64,000 bases of DNA, taken from positions 1 to 64,000 of the forward strand of contig CAMFHP010000008.1 of assembly GCA_945952225.1 (NCBI GenBank). The letters run 5' to 3'. The notes under the pieces were generated by a model, which worked only from the letters and a program-made list of their open reading frames with translations, did not search any database and was not told the origin of the DNA. The position numbers and the translations under genes are program-made. Source of the DNA: an uncultured Myxococcaceae bacterium (GTDB taxonomy: Bacteria > Myxococcota_A > Polyangia > Polyangiales > Ga0077539). This document shows, one piece after another, positions 19,154 to 30,174 of the stretch. Numbering within the stretch: position 1 is the stretch's first letter; every line of letters starts with the position of its first letter.

Positions 19154-19201
19154 GGGCGCGGATCATCGCACCCGACACGTGCCCCGCGGTAGCCTCGCGC
19201 A

Positions 19202-19492
19202 ATGGCACGCACCCCACTCACCGACGACGCACTCCGCGAGGCGCTCGCCGCGCTCCCGCGATGGGAGGGCGACGGACGCTCGATCCGCGCGACGTACCAC
19301 TTCTCGACCTACGAAGCGGGCGTCGCCTTCGCGATGCAATGCGCCCTCGTCGCGCAGCGCATGGACCACCACCCCGAGCTGCTCATCGGCTGGCAGCACG
19401 TGACCGTGACCTTCACCACCCACGACGCCGGCGGCGTCACCGCGCGCGACCTCGACGGAGCCCGCGCCGTCGACGCCATCGCCGCGGCCTGA
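19202..19492 (+). CDS. phhB: Pterin-4-alpha-carbinolamine dehydratase
   Basis: 96 aa with EAGVAFAMQCALVAQRMDHHPEL, which carries the conserved E..DHHP motif of PCD/DCoH. Confidence 0.85.
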   Translation: MARTPLTDDALREALAALPRWEGDGRSIRATYHFSTYEAGVAFAMQCALVAQRMDHHPELLIGWQHVTVTFTTHDAGGVTARDLDGARAVDAIAAA

Positions 19493-19513
19493 ACCGACCG
19501 CCCGTCGCAGCGC

Positions 19514-21481
19514 TCAGGGCACGCGCCCGAAGCCCGTCCCGTTCCATCGCCAGCTCACACGCCGCGTCGGCTCCCACGGGAGCAGCAGCGCCTCGAAGCC
19601 CTGCGGCGGCGCGTCGTGAAAGGGGTACGTGCTCTGGGTCCATCCGCGCGCGGGCCGCGATTGCACGGTGATCGTGTCGCCCTGCGCGCCCTCGGGGAGC
19701 ACGAGCTCGTTGACCACGGCCTCGTCGCCCACACGACGCGCGACCTCGACGGCGAAGAGTCGCCCGCGGTGCGCCGGGTCGAAGCTGTAGACGAAGGCCA
19801 TGTCGCGCAGCGAGGTGTTGGCCTGCCCCTGCACCTGAAGCGTCACCGAGCGACGCACGGTCACCACCGCTTCGGCCTTGCCGTCGCGGGTCACGTCGGC
19901 GGCGCGCAGGCCCACCACGGTGTCTCCGGGGTTCGCAGGCAACGAGATGCTCGCGTAGGAGCGACCGCCCATGAAGCCCGTGCCCACGACCACGAGCGTG
20001 CGTCCGTACACGTAGAGCTGCTCGCGCGTGGCGTCTTCGGCCACGTCGGCGTTCACACGAAACTCCGGCCGCGCGCCCGCCGCGAGGTGCTCGCGCTCTG
20101 CGAAGAGACGCAGCACACCGGCCACGTCGGCGCCGGGCTCCACGGGCTCGCGCGGGGGCTCCTGGGTCGGCGCGCTCGGTGCGGAAACGCCTGCGGGCAT
20201 GGGCATCGCGACGTTCTCCGCGGGGCCGAACGACTGCGCGGATGCGTCCCAGACGAAGCTCCGCGCGCGCACACCGCCCCAGGGCGTGAGCGGCGCGTCG
20301 ACGCCGTCCTCGGTGGCCGCGGGCCAGGTCTGCGCGGTGAATCCCTGCGACGGACCGACGGTGATCGTGAGGCGTCCGGCGGTGAAGGCCACGGTGTTGC
20401 GCACCTCGTTGGCCCCGTCGCGGCGCCCGATCTCGTGGGCGAACACGCGCTGGAACCCGCCGTCGTCGCCGACGCGAAACACCTGGTAGACCGAGCGTTC
20501 GAGGGGAGCGCCCGGTGCGCGCACGGTCACGCCCACGAGCGCGGTGCGAGCGCGCGGCGGGGTGAGCACCTCGGCGCGCTCCACGGTGGCGCCGTCGAAG
20601 GAGAGGAACGCGTACGACGCGCCGCCCGCGATGCCAGGGCCCCACACGACGAGGTGGTGGGGCAACGCGGCGAGGCGCTCGGGGGCTGCGTCGCCCGCGA
20701 GGTTGACCTGCCGTTCGAGGAGCGGTCGCACCGACGCGTCGACGTGGTGCTCGCTACGAAAGCGTGCGAAGAGATCCACCGCAGCGGCGGCGACGGCGGG
20801 CGCCGAGGTCACCGTGGGCGGCAGCTCCTGCGGGCGACGCGCGTCACCGGGACCGTTCGCGAGCACGGTCTCGGTGCTGGGGCGCGCCTCGACGTCGCTG
20901 TCTTCGTAGGCCACGCGAATGCGCGCGCTCGCGAGGTTCTCGCGCAGCCCCGGCATCGCCGCCCACGGAATGCGCGCTTCGAAGGTGTACCCGCCGCGCG
21001 AAGGGGCTTCGACGATCACGGCGCCGGGCACTGCGCGCGACGAGGGCACGCGGTAGCGCACCGCACCGGGAAAGGTCCCGGGCTCGCCGGGCTGGAGCCC
21101 GATCTCCCACGCGGTCCAGAGACGCCCGCGCGGAAAGGCCACGGTGAGCACCACGGTGTCGTCGGCGGGTCGATGCGCACGCGAGCGCACCACGCGGTCG
21201 TCGCGCACCTCCGCGGCGATCCAGAGGCCCTCGTTGTCGCGCCCCACGGCGAACCCGAGGGAGGCGTCGTCGGGCCCCTGCCACGCGCCGATTCCGTCGA
21301 TGACCTGCGCGCGGGTGTCGAGGGCCGCGAGCGCGCCGGACCACTCGCGGGGCACGCCGTCGAGGGTCACACGCGCGGCGGCGCGGTCGATCACATCGAC
21401 GAGCGGATCGGCCTGAACAACGGCAGACGCGGTGATCAGAGCGAGGGCGAAGGCGGGTGCGTGGGCGCGCGGCGGAGTCAT
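19514..21481 (-). CDS. Secreted hypothetical protein, about 655 aa
   Basis: Internal ATG MTPPRAHAPAFALALITASAVVQA (signal peptide) within ORF 19514..21502. The N-terminal DGVPREWSG...GLWIAAEVRDD resembles a carbohydrate-binding family 9-like beta-sandwich. The rest is unknown. Confidence 0.55.
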   Translation of the reverse strand: MTPPRAHAPAFALALITASAVVQADPLVDVIDRAAARVTLDGVPREWSGALAALDTRAQVIDGIGAWQGPDDASLGFAVGRDNEGLWIAAEVRDDRVVRSRAHRPADDTVVLTVAFPRGRLWTAWEIGLQPGEPGTFPGAVRYRVPSSRAVPGAVIVEAPSRGGYTFEARIPWAAMPGLRENLASARIRVAYEDSDVEARPSTETVLANGPGDARRPQELPPTVTSAPAVAAAAVDLFARFRSEHHVDASVRPLLERQVNLAGDAAPERLAALPHHLVVWGPGIAGGASYAFLSFDGATVERAEVLTPPRARTALVGVTVRAPGAPLERSVYQVFRVGDDGGFQRVFAHEIGRRDGANEVRNTVAFTAGRLTITVGPSQGFTAQTWPAATEDGVDAPLTPWGGVRARSFVWDASAQSFGPAENVAMPMPAGVSAPSAPTQEPPREPVEPGADVAGVLRLFAEREHLAAGARPEFRVNADVAEDATREQLYVYGRTLVVVGTGFMGGRSYASISLPANPGDTVVGLRAADVTRDGKAEAVVTVRRSVTLQVQGQANTSLRDMAFVYSFDPAHRGRLFAVEVARRVGDEAVVNELVLPEGAQGDTITVQSRPARGWTQSTYPFHDAPPQGFEALLLPWEPTRRVSWRWNGTGFGRVP

Positions 21482-21591
21482 CGGGCGCGCGAGGATACCC
21501 AACGTGTCCCGCGCGGCGAACGTGGGACGCGCGCGCCGTGTGGGTTGAACGAAACCGCGAAGCCGTGGTAGTCGCTCGCCCCCGAATCTAT

Positions 21592-23226
21592 ATGTTCGAC
21601 TCGCTCACCAAGGGTTTCCGCGCCGCCCGCCAACGCCTCACCGGCATGGCGGAACTCTCCGAAGACGTCATCGACCAGGCGCTCCGCGATGTGCGGGTGT
21701 CGCTGCTCGAGGCCGACGTCGAGCTCGGGGTGGTCAAGCGCTTCCTCGCGCGCGTTCGCGAGAAGATGCTCGGTCGCGTGGTGCAGGTGCGCGCCGAGCA
21801 CCAGGGCAAGAAGCTCAACATCGCGCCCGAGCAGATCTTCGTGAAGGCCTGCGAAGAAGAGCTCACGGCCATGATGGCCGACAACGACCCCGAGCCCCTG
21901 CGCGAGGCGCCGAAGGGCAACCCCACCGTGGTGATGATGGTGGGCCTCCAGGGGCAGGGAAAGACCACGACGAGCGCCAAGCTCGCGCGGCTCTACGCGA
22001 AGGAGGGCAAGAAGGTGCTCCTCGTCGCGGCGGACCTTCAGCGCCCCGCGGCCGTCGAGCAGCTCACGGTGCTGGGCAACAAGATCAACGTGCCGGTGTT
22101 CAGCGTGCCCGGCGCGACGCCCGTCGAGGTGTGCCGCCGCGCGGTCGCCGTGGCGCGCGTGCAGAAGAAGGACCTGGTCATCCTCGACACGGCCGGTCGC
22201 CTCGCGATCGACACGACGCTCATGGGCGAGCTGCAGGCCATCAAAGACGAGACGAAGCCGCAGAACATCCTGCTCGTGGTGAACGCGGCCATCGGGCAGA
22301 ACGCCCTCGCGACGGCGCAGGCCTTTCACGAGACGCTGGGGCTCACGGGCGTGGCGCTCACGATGCTCGACGGCGATGCGCGCGGCGGCGCGGCGCTCTC
22401 GATCCGTGAGGTCACGGGCGTGCCGATCAAGTTCGCGGGCATGGGCGAGACCGTCGAGCAGCTCGAAGCGTTTCGCCCCGACGGCATGGCGTCGCGCATC
22501 CTCGGGATGGGCGACATCATCGGCATCGTCAACGACTTCAACCGCGTCGTGACCGACACGAAGAAGGTCGAAGAAGACGCCCAGCGGATGCTCCAGGGCA
22601 ACTTCACCTTCGACGACTTCGTGCAGCAGATCTCGATGATCCAGCAGATGGGTCCGCTGAAGGAGCTGTTCGAGAAGATGCCCTTCTTCTCCGAGATGCT
22701 CCCGCAGGACGTGAACATCGACGACCGCGAGCTCGACCGCGTGAAGGCCATGATCGCGTCGATGACCGCGCAGGAGCGCCGCGACCCCGACGTCTTCAAG
22801 AACCAGCAGGGCCGCGTGCAGCGCGTGGCGAAGGGCTCGGGACGCAAGCCCGAAGACGTCGCCGAGCTCATCGCCAAGTTCATGATGATGCGCGAGATGA
22901 TGGGCGGCATCGGCAAGCAGGCGGGCTTCCTCTCGAAGCTCCCCGGCGCGAAGCAGCTCGCGATGGCGCGGCGCCTGCGCGAGATGGTGCGCGTGCAGGG
23001 CGAGAACGCGGCGATGTCGACGCTCATGCAGGAGATGCTCGAAGCGGCCGTGGCAGGCAACGGCGCACCGGGCGGTCCCGGCGGCATGGGCGACCCCATG
23101 GGCTTCATGAACTCGCTGCTCGGGGGCGGCGGGGCGGGCGGCGCGAACCGCGGCGGTCAGCCCGGCATGCGCCAGCGCGACGTGCGTCGGCAGCAGCGCC
23201 TCGCGAAGAAGAAGACCCGGAAGTAA
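21592..23226 (+). CDS. ffh: Signal recognition particle protein Ffh
   Basis: MFDSLTKGFR... N-domain, then the SRP GTPase G-domain (GLQGQGKTTT P-loop, DTAGR, LTMLDGDARGGAALS) and a Met-rich M-domain (KFMMMREMMGGIG). ATG at 21592. Confidence 0.95.
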   Translation: MFDSLTKGFRAARQRLTGMAELSEDVIDQALRDVRVSLLEADVELGVVKRFLARVREKMLGRVVQVRAEHQGKKLNIAPEQIFVKACEEELTAMMADNDPEPLREAPKGNPTVVMMVGLQGQGKTTTSAKLARLYAKEGKKVLLVAADLQRPAAVEQLTVLGNKINVPVFSVPGATPVEVCRRAVAVARVQKKDLVILDTAGRLAIDTTLMGELQAIKDETKPQNILLVVNAAIGQNALATAQAFHETLGLTGVALTMLDGDARGGAALSIREVTGVPIKFAGMGETVEQLEAFRPDGMASRILGMGDIIGIVNDFNRVVTDTKKVEEDAQRMLQGNFTFDDFVQQISMIQQMGPLKELFEKMPFFSEMLPQDVNIDDRELDRVKAMIASMTAQERRDPDVFKNQQGRVQRVAKGSGRKPEDVAELIAKFMMMREMMGGIGKQAGFLSKLPGAKQLAMARRLREMVRVQGENAAMSTLMQEMLEAAVAGNGAPGGPGGMGDPMGFMNSLLGGGGAGGANRGGQPGMRQRDVRRQQRLAKKKTRK

Positions 23227-23295
23227 CGGCCGCCACGCGCGCCGAGAGACTCCACAAGAACCTTTACGTGTGAATGGTCATTCAGAGGGGATGAG

Positions 23296-24741
23296 ATGAA
23301 GAACGCAGCCCGATGGATCGTGTGCCTCGCGCTCGGTGCGGGGTGTGTCGAACAGCCCGCCGCGAACCGCGCCGGGGTGTCTTCGCAGGAGCTGGAGCAG
23401 GTGCGCCGTCGCGTGGCGCGCCGCACGGCCCCCACGCCGCAGCACCCGCTGAACATCAACTTCGGCGGCAACAAGGTGCAGCTCGTCGGCTACGACATCA
23501 ACGTGACCGAGCTGCGCCCCGGGCAGAGCGTGACGGTCACCTGGTGGTGGAAGTGCAACACCGCGCCGGGCGACGGCTGGCACCTCTTCACGCACCTCGA
23601 CGACGCGAACCGTCCGCGTACGAACCAGGACAACGTGGGCGAGGTGCGCCGCGCGTATCAGCCCGATCGCTGGCGCGCGGGTGAGTACATCGCCGACACG
23701 CAGACCTTCGACCTCCCGGCGGACTGGGATTCCCCCGTCGTACGCTTTCACGTCGGCCTGTGGAAGGACGCGGACCGCATGACGCCGACCCCCGCGGAGA
23801 TGACCGACGGCGACCGCCGCGCGCGGGTGCTGGAGCTCCGCACGGGCGTGCAGATCCAGGTGTCGGAGATCGCCGCGCCGCGCGCCACGGGTGCGATCAA
23901 CATCGACGGCCGCCTCGACGAGCCCGCGTGGCAGGCCTCGGCGCGCACCGGCGCCCTCGTGAGCACGATGTCGGGTGATCCCCCGTCGGGCACCGACGCG
24001 CACGCGCTGGCCCGCATCCTCTGGGACGACACGAACCTCTACCTCGCCTTCGAAGTGCAGGACGAGAACCTCGTCGACCCGTCGCAGAACCGCGACGACC
24101 ACCTCTGGGAGCACGACGCGGTCGAAGTGATGATCGACCCCGACGGCGACGGACAGAACTACTTCGAGTTCCAGGTCTCGCCCCGTGGGACGCGCTTCGA
24201 CACGCGCTACGACCGCGCGCGCCAGCCGTCGACGCCGACGCCGGGCCACATCGATTTCAACCCCGAGACGCGCGCCGCGGTGGTGCTCACCACGCCTGGC
24301 ACCATCGGCAACCCCGACGACAACGACACGGGCTACACCGTGGAGTTCGCGATCCCGTGGGCGTCGATCTCGACGGGCCTCGCCCACAATCCTCCGCAGG
24401 TGGGCGACAACGTGCGCCTCAACCTCTTCGTGATGGACGAAGCCAAGCAGGGCGGCCACCGCTTCGCCGCGTGGAGCGCGCCGCGCTCGGGCGACTTTCA
24501 CGCGCTGGAGCGCTTCGGTCGCGTGACGCTCGTGACGGCGATCCCCGATGCGCCCATGGCGCCCGGCGTGGTCGTTCCTCCGGCCCCCGGTGCGGCCGCG
24601 CAGGGTGCCGCCGCGCAGCCCGCGAACGCGCAGCCCGCGCAGCCCGAAGGCAACCGTCGCATGGCGATCCCCGCGGTGATCAACCCCGCGGTGCTCCGCG
24701 CGGCGCCTCGCGTGGGCGCTCCCTCGGGCATCGGTCACTGA
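23296..24741 (+). CDS. Lipoprotein with a carbohydrate-binding family 9-like domain
   Basis: GAGGGG ribosome-binding site. Lipobox LALGAGC. The central ...INIDGRLDEPAWQ...ILWDDTNLYLAFEVQDENL...EHDAVEVMIDPDGDG...FEFQV...YTVEFAIPW closely follows the CBM9 / DOMON-like consensus. Confidence 0.7.
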   Translation: MKNAARWIVCLALGAGCVEQPAANRAGVSSQELEQVRRRVARRTAPTPQHPLNINFGGNKVQLVGYDINVTELRPGQSVTVTWWWKCNTAPGDGWHLFTHLDDANRPRTNQDNVGEVRRAYQPDRWRAGEYIADTQTFDLPADWDSPVVRFHVGLWKDADRMTPTPAEMTDGDRRARVLELRTGVQIQVSEIAAPRATGAINIDGRLDEPAWQASARTGALVSTMSGDPPSGTDAHALARILWDDTNLYLAFEVQDENLVDPSQNRDDHLWEHDAVEVMIDPDGDGQNYFEFQVSPRGTRFDTRYDRARQPSTPTPGHIDFNPETRAAVVLTTPGTIGNPDDNDTGYTVEFAIPWASISTGLAHNPPQVGDNVRLNLFVMDEAKQGGHRFAAWSAPRSGDFHALERFGRVTLVTAIPDAPMAPGVVVPPAPGAAAQGAAAQPANAQPAQPEGNRRMAIPAVINPAVLRAAPRVGAPSGIGH

Positions 24742-24820
24742 CCGCCTCGCGCGCCGCGGGTGCCATCACGGCCCCGCGGCGAGGCTCCGTTCGCGCATCG
24801 ATCACAGCCCCGAAATGACC

Positions 24821-24862
24821 GACGGCCCCGCGGAGATTCTCCGACGGGGCCGGTGGTGTTTT
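24821..24862 (+). terminator. Candidate intrinsic terminator between convergent genes
   Basis: GC-rich hairpin CGGCCCCG-CGGAG-att-CTCCG-a-CGGGGCCG followed by GTGGTGTTTTC. It lies 80 nt after the stop of the CBM9 lipoprotein gene. A second imperfect hairpin sits at about 24744-24786. Confidence 0.4.
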
Positions 24863-24887
24863 CAGGGGACGCGCGAGGCGATGGGGC

Positions 24888-25055
24888 TCACTCGTCGTCG
24901 CTGTCGTCGTCGTCCTTGTCGTTGAAGGCGAATCCCTCGGTCTGCATCTCGGATTCGAAGTCGAGGTCGTCGAGCGACCACCCGATGCGACTCGCGCCGG
25001 GGCGGATCTCATCGCGGGCGAACTCTTCGAACGATCGGTAGTACTTCGAGCTCAT
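24888..25055 (-). CDS. Small acidic hypothetical protein (55 aa)
   Basis: Not in the ORF track because it is under 60 aa. The reverse strand encodes MSSKYYRSFEEFARDEIRPGASRIGWSLDDLDFESEMQTEGFAFNDKDDDDSDDE with an AGGAGAAG ribosome-binding site 7 nt upstream. Divergent from parA. Confidence 0.4.
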   Translation of the reverse strand: MSSKYYRSFEEFARDEIRPGASRIGWSLDDLDFESEMQTEGFAFNDKDDDDSDDE

Positions 25056-25316
25056 GTCGGTCTTCTCCTGACGGAAGCAGTAGCCGGACGACGTCGGTGG
25101 AGCGCCTACTCACACCTACATCTGCCGCCAATGTATTCACGCTCCGGGGACCGTCAAAAATCCGCTGGACTTTCCCTGTGGGCTCGCGGTTGCGCGGTGT
25201 TTTTGTGGCGTTTTCGCAGCCGTTGCCACGGGGGGCGGGGTCGGGGTAGAGACCGTGCTCCCGTTGAGCGGGGCCCGCGGAAATCCCGCGTCGGCGACCG
25301 TCTGGAGAGCACACGC
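25056..25316. promoter_or_regulatory. Divergent intergenic region upstream of parAB; comparatively AT-rich
   Basis: 261 nt with T-runs (GTGTTTTTGTGGCGTTTTCG, GTCAAAAATCC) in an otherwise roughly 70 % GC genome. This is the expected promoter region for parA. No parS-like palindrome identified. Confidence 0.3.
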
Positions 25317-26096
<780 letters not shown>

Positions 26097-26176
26097 CCGG
26101 CGCCGCTCCGCCTCTGCGCGCGACGCGACGCGCACCGACCGAACTCCTCCCGCACGAAGCACCGACACCCGACGCC

Positions 26177-27109
26177 ATGACCGACAAGAAGCCCAAGGTC
26201 CCCGACCCGAAGGAACCGCGCCGCGTGCTCGGCCGCGGACTCGACGCGCTGCTCCCGATCGCGCAGGTCGCGCAGGCCGCTGCGAAGCGCGCCGAGGGCC
26301 CGTACCAGATCGTCGGCATCGAGCGCGTGCACCCGCGCCACGACCAGCCCCGCAAGCGCTTCGAAGAGCAGGCCCTCGCCGACCTCGCGGCGTCGATCCG
26401 TGAGCAGGGGATCATCCAGCCCCTCGTGGTGCGCCGTCGCGACGACGACGAGACGCAGTTCGAGATCATCGCGGGCGAGCGGCGCTGGCGCGCGTCGCAG
26501 CGGGCGGGGCTCCGCGAGGTGCCCGTGGTGGTGCGCGAGACCACCTCCGACGAGGCCTTCGAACTGGCCCTCGTCGAGAACCTCCAGCGGCAGGACCTCG
26601 ACGCCGTCGAGACCGCGCAGGCGTACCAGAAGCTCCTCAAGGAGCACGGCTGGACGCAGGAAGACCTCGCCTCGCGCATCGGCAAGGACCGCTCGACCAT
26701 CTCGAACACGCTGCGCCTGCTGCACCTCCCGGGCGACGTGCTCGACCTCGTGACCGCGCAGAAGCTCACCGAGGGCCACGCGCGCGCGCTCCTCTCGGCG
26801 GAGCAGCCCGCGGAGATCACGCGCCTCGCGCATCTCGCCGTCGAGAAGGGGTGGTCGGTGCGTCAGGCCGAGGCCGCCGCGCGCCGTCGCGAGAAGCCCG
26901 CGGACAAGCCCGAGGACAAGCCCGCGACGCCCGAGCGACGGAACCCCAACGTGCTCGACCTGGAGAAGCGCCTCGCCGCGGCGCTGGGCATGCCCGTGGC
27001 CGTGCGCACCGACGCGAGCGGCAAGGCGGGCACCGTCGAGATCGCGTGGGACGACCTCGACCAGCTCGATCGCTTCATCGACCGCGTGCTCGGCGCGCCC
27101 AACGGCTGA
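26177..27109 (+). CDS. parB: Chromosome partitioning protein ParB (Spo0J)
   Basis: ATG at 26177. ...IRPNPHQPRKRF-like box (VHPRHDQPRKRFEE), GIIQPLVVRR, IIAGERRWRAS ParB box II, and an HTH (DLASRIGKDRSTISNTLRLL). Confidence 0.9.
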   Translation: MTDKKPKVPDPKEPRRVLGRGLDALLPIAQVAQAAAKRAEGPYQIVGIERVHPRHDQPRKRFEEQALADLAASIREQGIIQPLVVRRRDDDETQFEIIAGERRWRASQRAGLREVPVVVRETTSDEAFELALVENLQRQDLDAVETAQAYQKLLKEHGWTQEDLASRIGKDRSTISNTLRLLHLPGDVLDLVTAQKLTEGHARALLSAEQPAEITRLAHLAVEKGWSVRQAEAAARRREKPADKPEDKPATPERRNPNVLDLEKRLAAALGMPVAVRTDASGKAGTVEIAWDDLDQLDRFIDRVLGAPNG

Positions 27110-27124
27110 CGCGCGCCTCGCGCT

Positions 27125-28000
27125 TCAGAGCGGGAGCTCCGGGAGGGGGAGGCCCGCGCGCATCCACGCCGCGCGGAGCGTGTTCTCGAGCAGGCACGCG
27201 ATGGTCATGGGACCGACGCCGCCGGGGACGGGCGTGATCCACGACGCGCGCTCGGCGGCCTCGTCGTAGGCCACGTCGCCCACGAGTTTTCCGTCGGCGC
27301 CGCGGTTGATGCCCACGTCGAGCACCACGGCGCCGGGCTTGATCCAGTCGCCGCGCACGAGGCCCGCGCGGCCCACGGCGGCCACCACCACGTCGCTCTC
27401 GGCGCAGCGCGCGGCGAGGTCGCGGGTGCGCGAGTGCGCGAGGGTCACCGTGGCGTTGCGCGCAAGGAGAAGGAGCCCCGCGGGCTTGCCCACGATGTTG
27501 CTCCGACCGATCACGATGGCGCGCGCGCCGTCGAGCGAGACCTTCGCGTGGTCGAGCATGCGCATGCACCCGAGAGGCGTGCAGGGCACGAGCGCGGGGC
27601 GTCCCGAAAGCAGCGCACCGGCATTCATCGGGTGGAATCCGTCGACATCGCGGCGCGGATCGATCGCGTCGAGCACGGCGGTCTCGTCGAGGTGCTTCGG
27701 CAGGGGAAGCTGCACGAGCACACCATCGACGTCGTCACGCGCGCACAACGAGTGAACGAGCGCGAGGAGCTCGGCCTGCGTGATGTCTCCGGGGCGACGG
27801 TGCACCTCGCCGCGCATGCCGACCTCCTCGCAGGCCTTCGCCTTGTTGCGCACATAGACCTGCGACGCGGGGTCGTCGCCGACGATCACCACATCGAGCC
27901 CGGGACGCCGCCCGCGACGGGCTACGAAGTCGCGCACGCCCACGGCCACGCGGGAGCGCAGGTCCGCCGCGATCGCCTTGCCATCGAGAATCTGAGCCAT
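27125..28000 (-). CDS. folD: Bifunctional methylenetetrahydrofolate dehydrogenase / methenyl-THF cyclohydrolase
   Basis: Internal ATG at 28000 ([15 protein letters not shown]...). [29 protein letters not shown], and [10 protein letters not shown] at the C-terminal end. 291 aa. Confidence 0.9.
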   Translation of the reverse strand: MAQILDGKAIAADLRSRVAVGVRDFVARRGRRPGLDVVIVGDDPASQVYVRNKAKACEEVGMRGEVHRRPGDITQAELLALVHSLCARDDVDGVLVQLPLPKHLDETAVLDAIDPRRDVDGFHPMNAGALLSGRPALVPCTPLGCMRMLDHAKVSLDGARAIVIGRSNIVGKPAGLLLLARNATVTLAHSRTRDLAARCAESDVVVAAVGRAGLVRGDWIKPGAVVLDVGINRGADGKLVGDVAYDEAAERASWITPVPGGVGPMTIACLLENTLRAAWMRAGLPLPELPL

Positions 28001-28145
28001 CGAATGCCTCACAGCGCATCGCCCGGAGCGAGCGCTCCCGGCAGAAGGGGCGCGGAGCATACCCGAACGCGCGTCGCGCACCGACGCTCTGGGCACAGGA
28101 GCCCCACGGTGACAGCGCCACCTCACCGGTGGTCTACTCCGCGCG

Positions 28146-30122
28146 ATGAGGCACGGACGGCTCTTCGTGTGGCTCGCCTGCGCGGCGACGCTTGGCGCCT
28201 GCGCAACCGACGCTCCCCCCGACCCGGCGCAGTTCGCGTCGGCGACGACGCTCTCCGACGCGATCACCCGCGCGTCGCTGGCGTACGGCGTTCCGCGCGA
28301 TCTGCTCGCGGCGATCGCGTGGTCGGAGACGCGCTTCGGCAACCCCCTCGCCCACGACGACGTGGTGCCCGCCGAACGCGATCCGCACGCGCACGCGACG
28401 GGCGACGTGGGCCCGCTCGGCCTGCGCCCCGCGGTGGCGAACACGCGCGAGCGCGGCGTCGACACGCTGGCCCGCGCGCGTGCGCTGCTCGACAACCCCG
28501 ACGTCGAACGCCTCTCGCACAACCTCGGACTCGGCGTCGCAGGCGCTGCGGCGGTGCTCGCCGAGCTCGGTCGAGAGACGGGCGCGCACGGTGACGACCT
28601 CACGTCGTGGGCCGAGGCCGTTGCGCGCTACTCCGCGGCGCCCGAGCGGGCGTTCCAGCTCTCGTATGCGCGGCAGGTGTTTGCGGTGCTGCGCGAGGGC
28701 GTCGCTGCCGAGAGCACCTTCACCGGCGAGCGTCTCGGCGTGCAGGCGCACCCGTCGCTCGGCGCGGTCGAGGCGATGGTGGGCGCCGTCGGTCAGTCGG
28801 TGGCCGCGAGCAGCGACTACGGCCCCGCGCTGTGGTCGGCCGCGGCCTCGTCGAACTACACCGTCGGACGCGGCGGCAACCCGATCCAGTACGTGGTGAT
28901 CCACACGATGGAGGGCTCGTACGCGGGCTCGATCTCGTGGTTCCGCAACACGTCGGCGATGGTGAGCGCGCACTACAGCGTGCGCTCGTCCGATGGCGAG
29001 ATCACGCAGTCGGTCGCCGAGTCGAACACCGCGTGGCACGCGGGCAACTGGTATTACAACCAGCGCTCGGTGGGCATCGAGCACGAGGGCTACGTGGCCG
29101 CGCCGGGGCGCTGGTACACCGAGGCGATGTACGCATCGAGCGCTCGCCTCGTGCGCGCGCTCTGCAACAAGTACGGCATCCCGATCGACCGGCAGCACAT
29201 CATCGGGCACTACCAGATTCCCCGCAGCGGCAGCGGCGCGCCCTGCGCCACGAACGCCACGAACTGCGGCGGCGCGGGCGGCCACACCGACCCCGGCAAC
29301 GGCGGCACCGGCTGGGACTGGAACCACTTTCTCGACCTCGTACGCGGCGGCAGCGCACCGCCTCCCCCTCCTCCTCCGCCGCCTCCTCCTCCACCGCCTC
29401 CGCCCCCTCCTGCGCCCGCGTACGCCGCGGACTTCGTGGGCATGAGCTGCCCCGCCACGGCCACGTCGGGCGACCGCCCCGTCGCCTGGATCGAGTACCG
29501 CAACACGGGCACCGCGACGTGGCAGATCGCAAGCACGCGCGTGGGCACCACGAACCCCCGCGACCACGACGGCGTGTTCTTCGACATGGAGAACTGGGTC
29601 GCGCGCAATCGACCCTCGGGCGTCGACCATGCGACGGCGCCCGGCGCGGTGGGGCGCTTCTCCTTCGTCCTCAACATCCCCGACGTGACGAGCGAGCAGA
29701 CCGTCGCCGAGAACTACGGCCTCGTGCAGGAGGGCGTCACCTGGTTCGGCCCCGCCGACACCGCCGTGCGATGCGCCGTGCGCGTGTCGCCGCGCGTGGT
29801 GCCCGATGCCTCCGCGCCCGCCGACGTCGTGACCGCGCCCGATGTGTCCGCGCCTGATGCCGACACGCCCGATGCGTCGGAGATTCCCGACGCGTCGGAA
29901 ATTCCCGACGCATCGACCGCGGACGTGCAGGCGCCTGAAGACGTGTCCGTGGTCGACGCCTCGACGGCCGATGCGTCGGACCTGCGTGCGGCCCCTGAAG
30001 ACTCGCCCGGCTGCGGCTGTCGCAGCGCGCCGGGGCTCCCTGCGCGCGGCGCGCCCGTGTCTCCCGCCTCCACGCTCGTGTGCGCAGCGCTCGCTGCCGT
30101 GGTGCTTCGCCGCCGTCGCTGA
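28146..30122 (+). CDS. N-acetylmuramoyl-L-alanine amidase (Amidase_2/PGRP domain) with an 18-Pro linker and a MYXO-CTERM sorting signal
   Basis: Signal peptide with LGAC. Amidase_2 core ([31 protein letters not shown]...[20 protein letters not shown]). Then [18 protein letters not shown] and a D/S/A/P-rich region. The C-terminus [10 protein letters not shown]...[15 protein letters not shown] matches the MYXO-CTERM pattern. Confidence 0.8.
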   Translation: MRHGRLFVWLACAATLGACATDAPPDPAQFASATTLSDAITRASLAYGVPRDLLAAIAWSETRFGNPLAHDDVVPAERDPHAHATGDVGPLGLRPAVANTRERGVDTLARARALLDNPDVERLSHNLGLGVAGAAAVLAELGRETGAHGDDLTSWAEAVARYSAAPERAFQLSYARQVFAVLREGVAAESTFTGERLGVQAHPSLGAVEAMVGAVGQSVAASSDYGPALWSAAASSNYTVGRGGNPIQYVVIHTMEGSYAGSISWFRNTSAMVSAHYSVRSSDGEITQSVAESNTAWHAGNWYYNQRSVGIEHEGYVAAPGRWYTEAMYASSARLVRALCNKYGIPIDRQHIIGHYQIPRSGSGAPCATNATNCGGAGGHTDPGNGGTGWDWNHFLDLVRGGSAPPPPPPPPPPPPPPPPPPAPAYAADFVGMSCPATATSGDRPVAWIEYRNTGTATWQIASTRVGTTNPRDHDGVFFDMENWVARNRPSGVDHATAPGAVGRFSFVLNIPDVTSEQTVAENYGLVQEGVTWFGPADTAVRCAVRVSPRVVPDASAPADVVTAPDVSAPDADTPDASEIPDASEIPDASTADVQAPEDVSVVDASTADASDLRAAPEDSPGCGCRSAPGLPARGAPVSPASTLVCAALAAVVLRRRR

Positions 30123-30174
30123 CCGTCACGGTCGGGCTTGGGGTTTCGCGCGCTCGCGTCGTTGCAACTCCACG

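Noticed and set aside
17499-19217. 572-aa and 561-aa ORFs on both strands over 17.5-19.2 kb
   Set aside because: Shadow frames of the fatty-acid hydroxylase gene (three His boxes) and the channel-like gene. The translations are Arg/Gly/Pro-rich.
19616-21571. 651-aa + strand ORF
   Set aside because: Antisense to the secreted protein gene, which has a signal peptide. No motifs.
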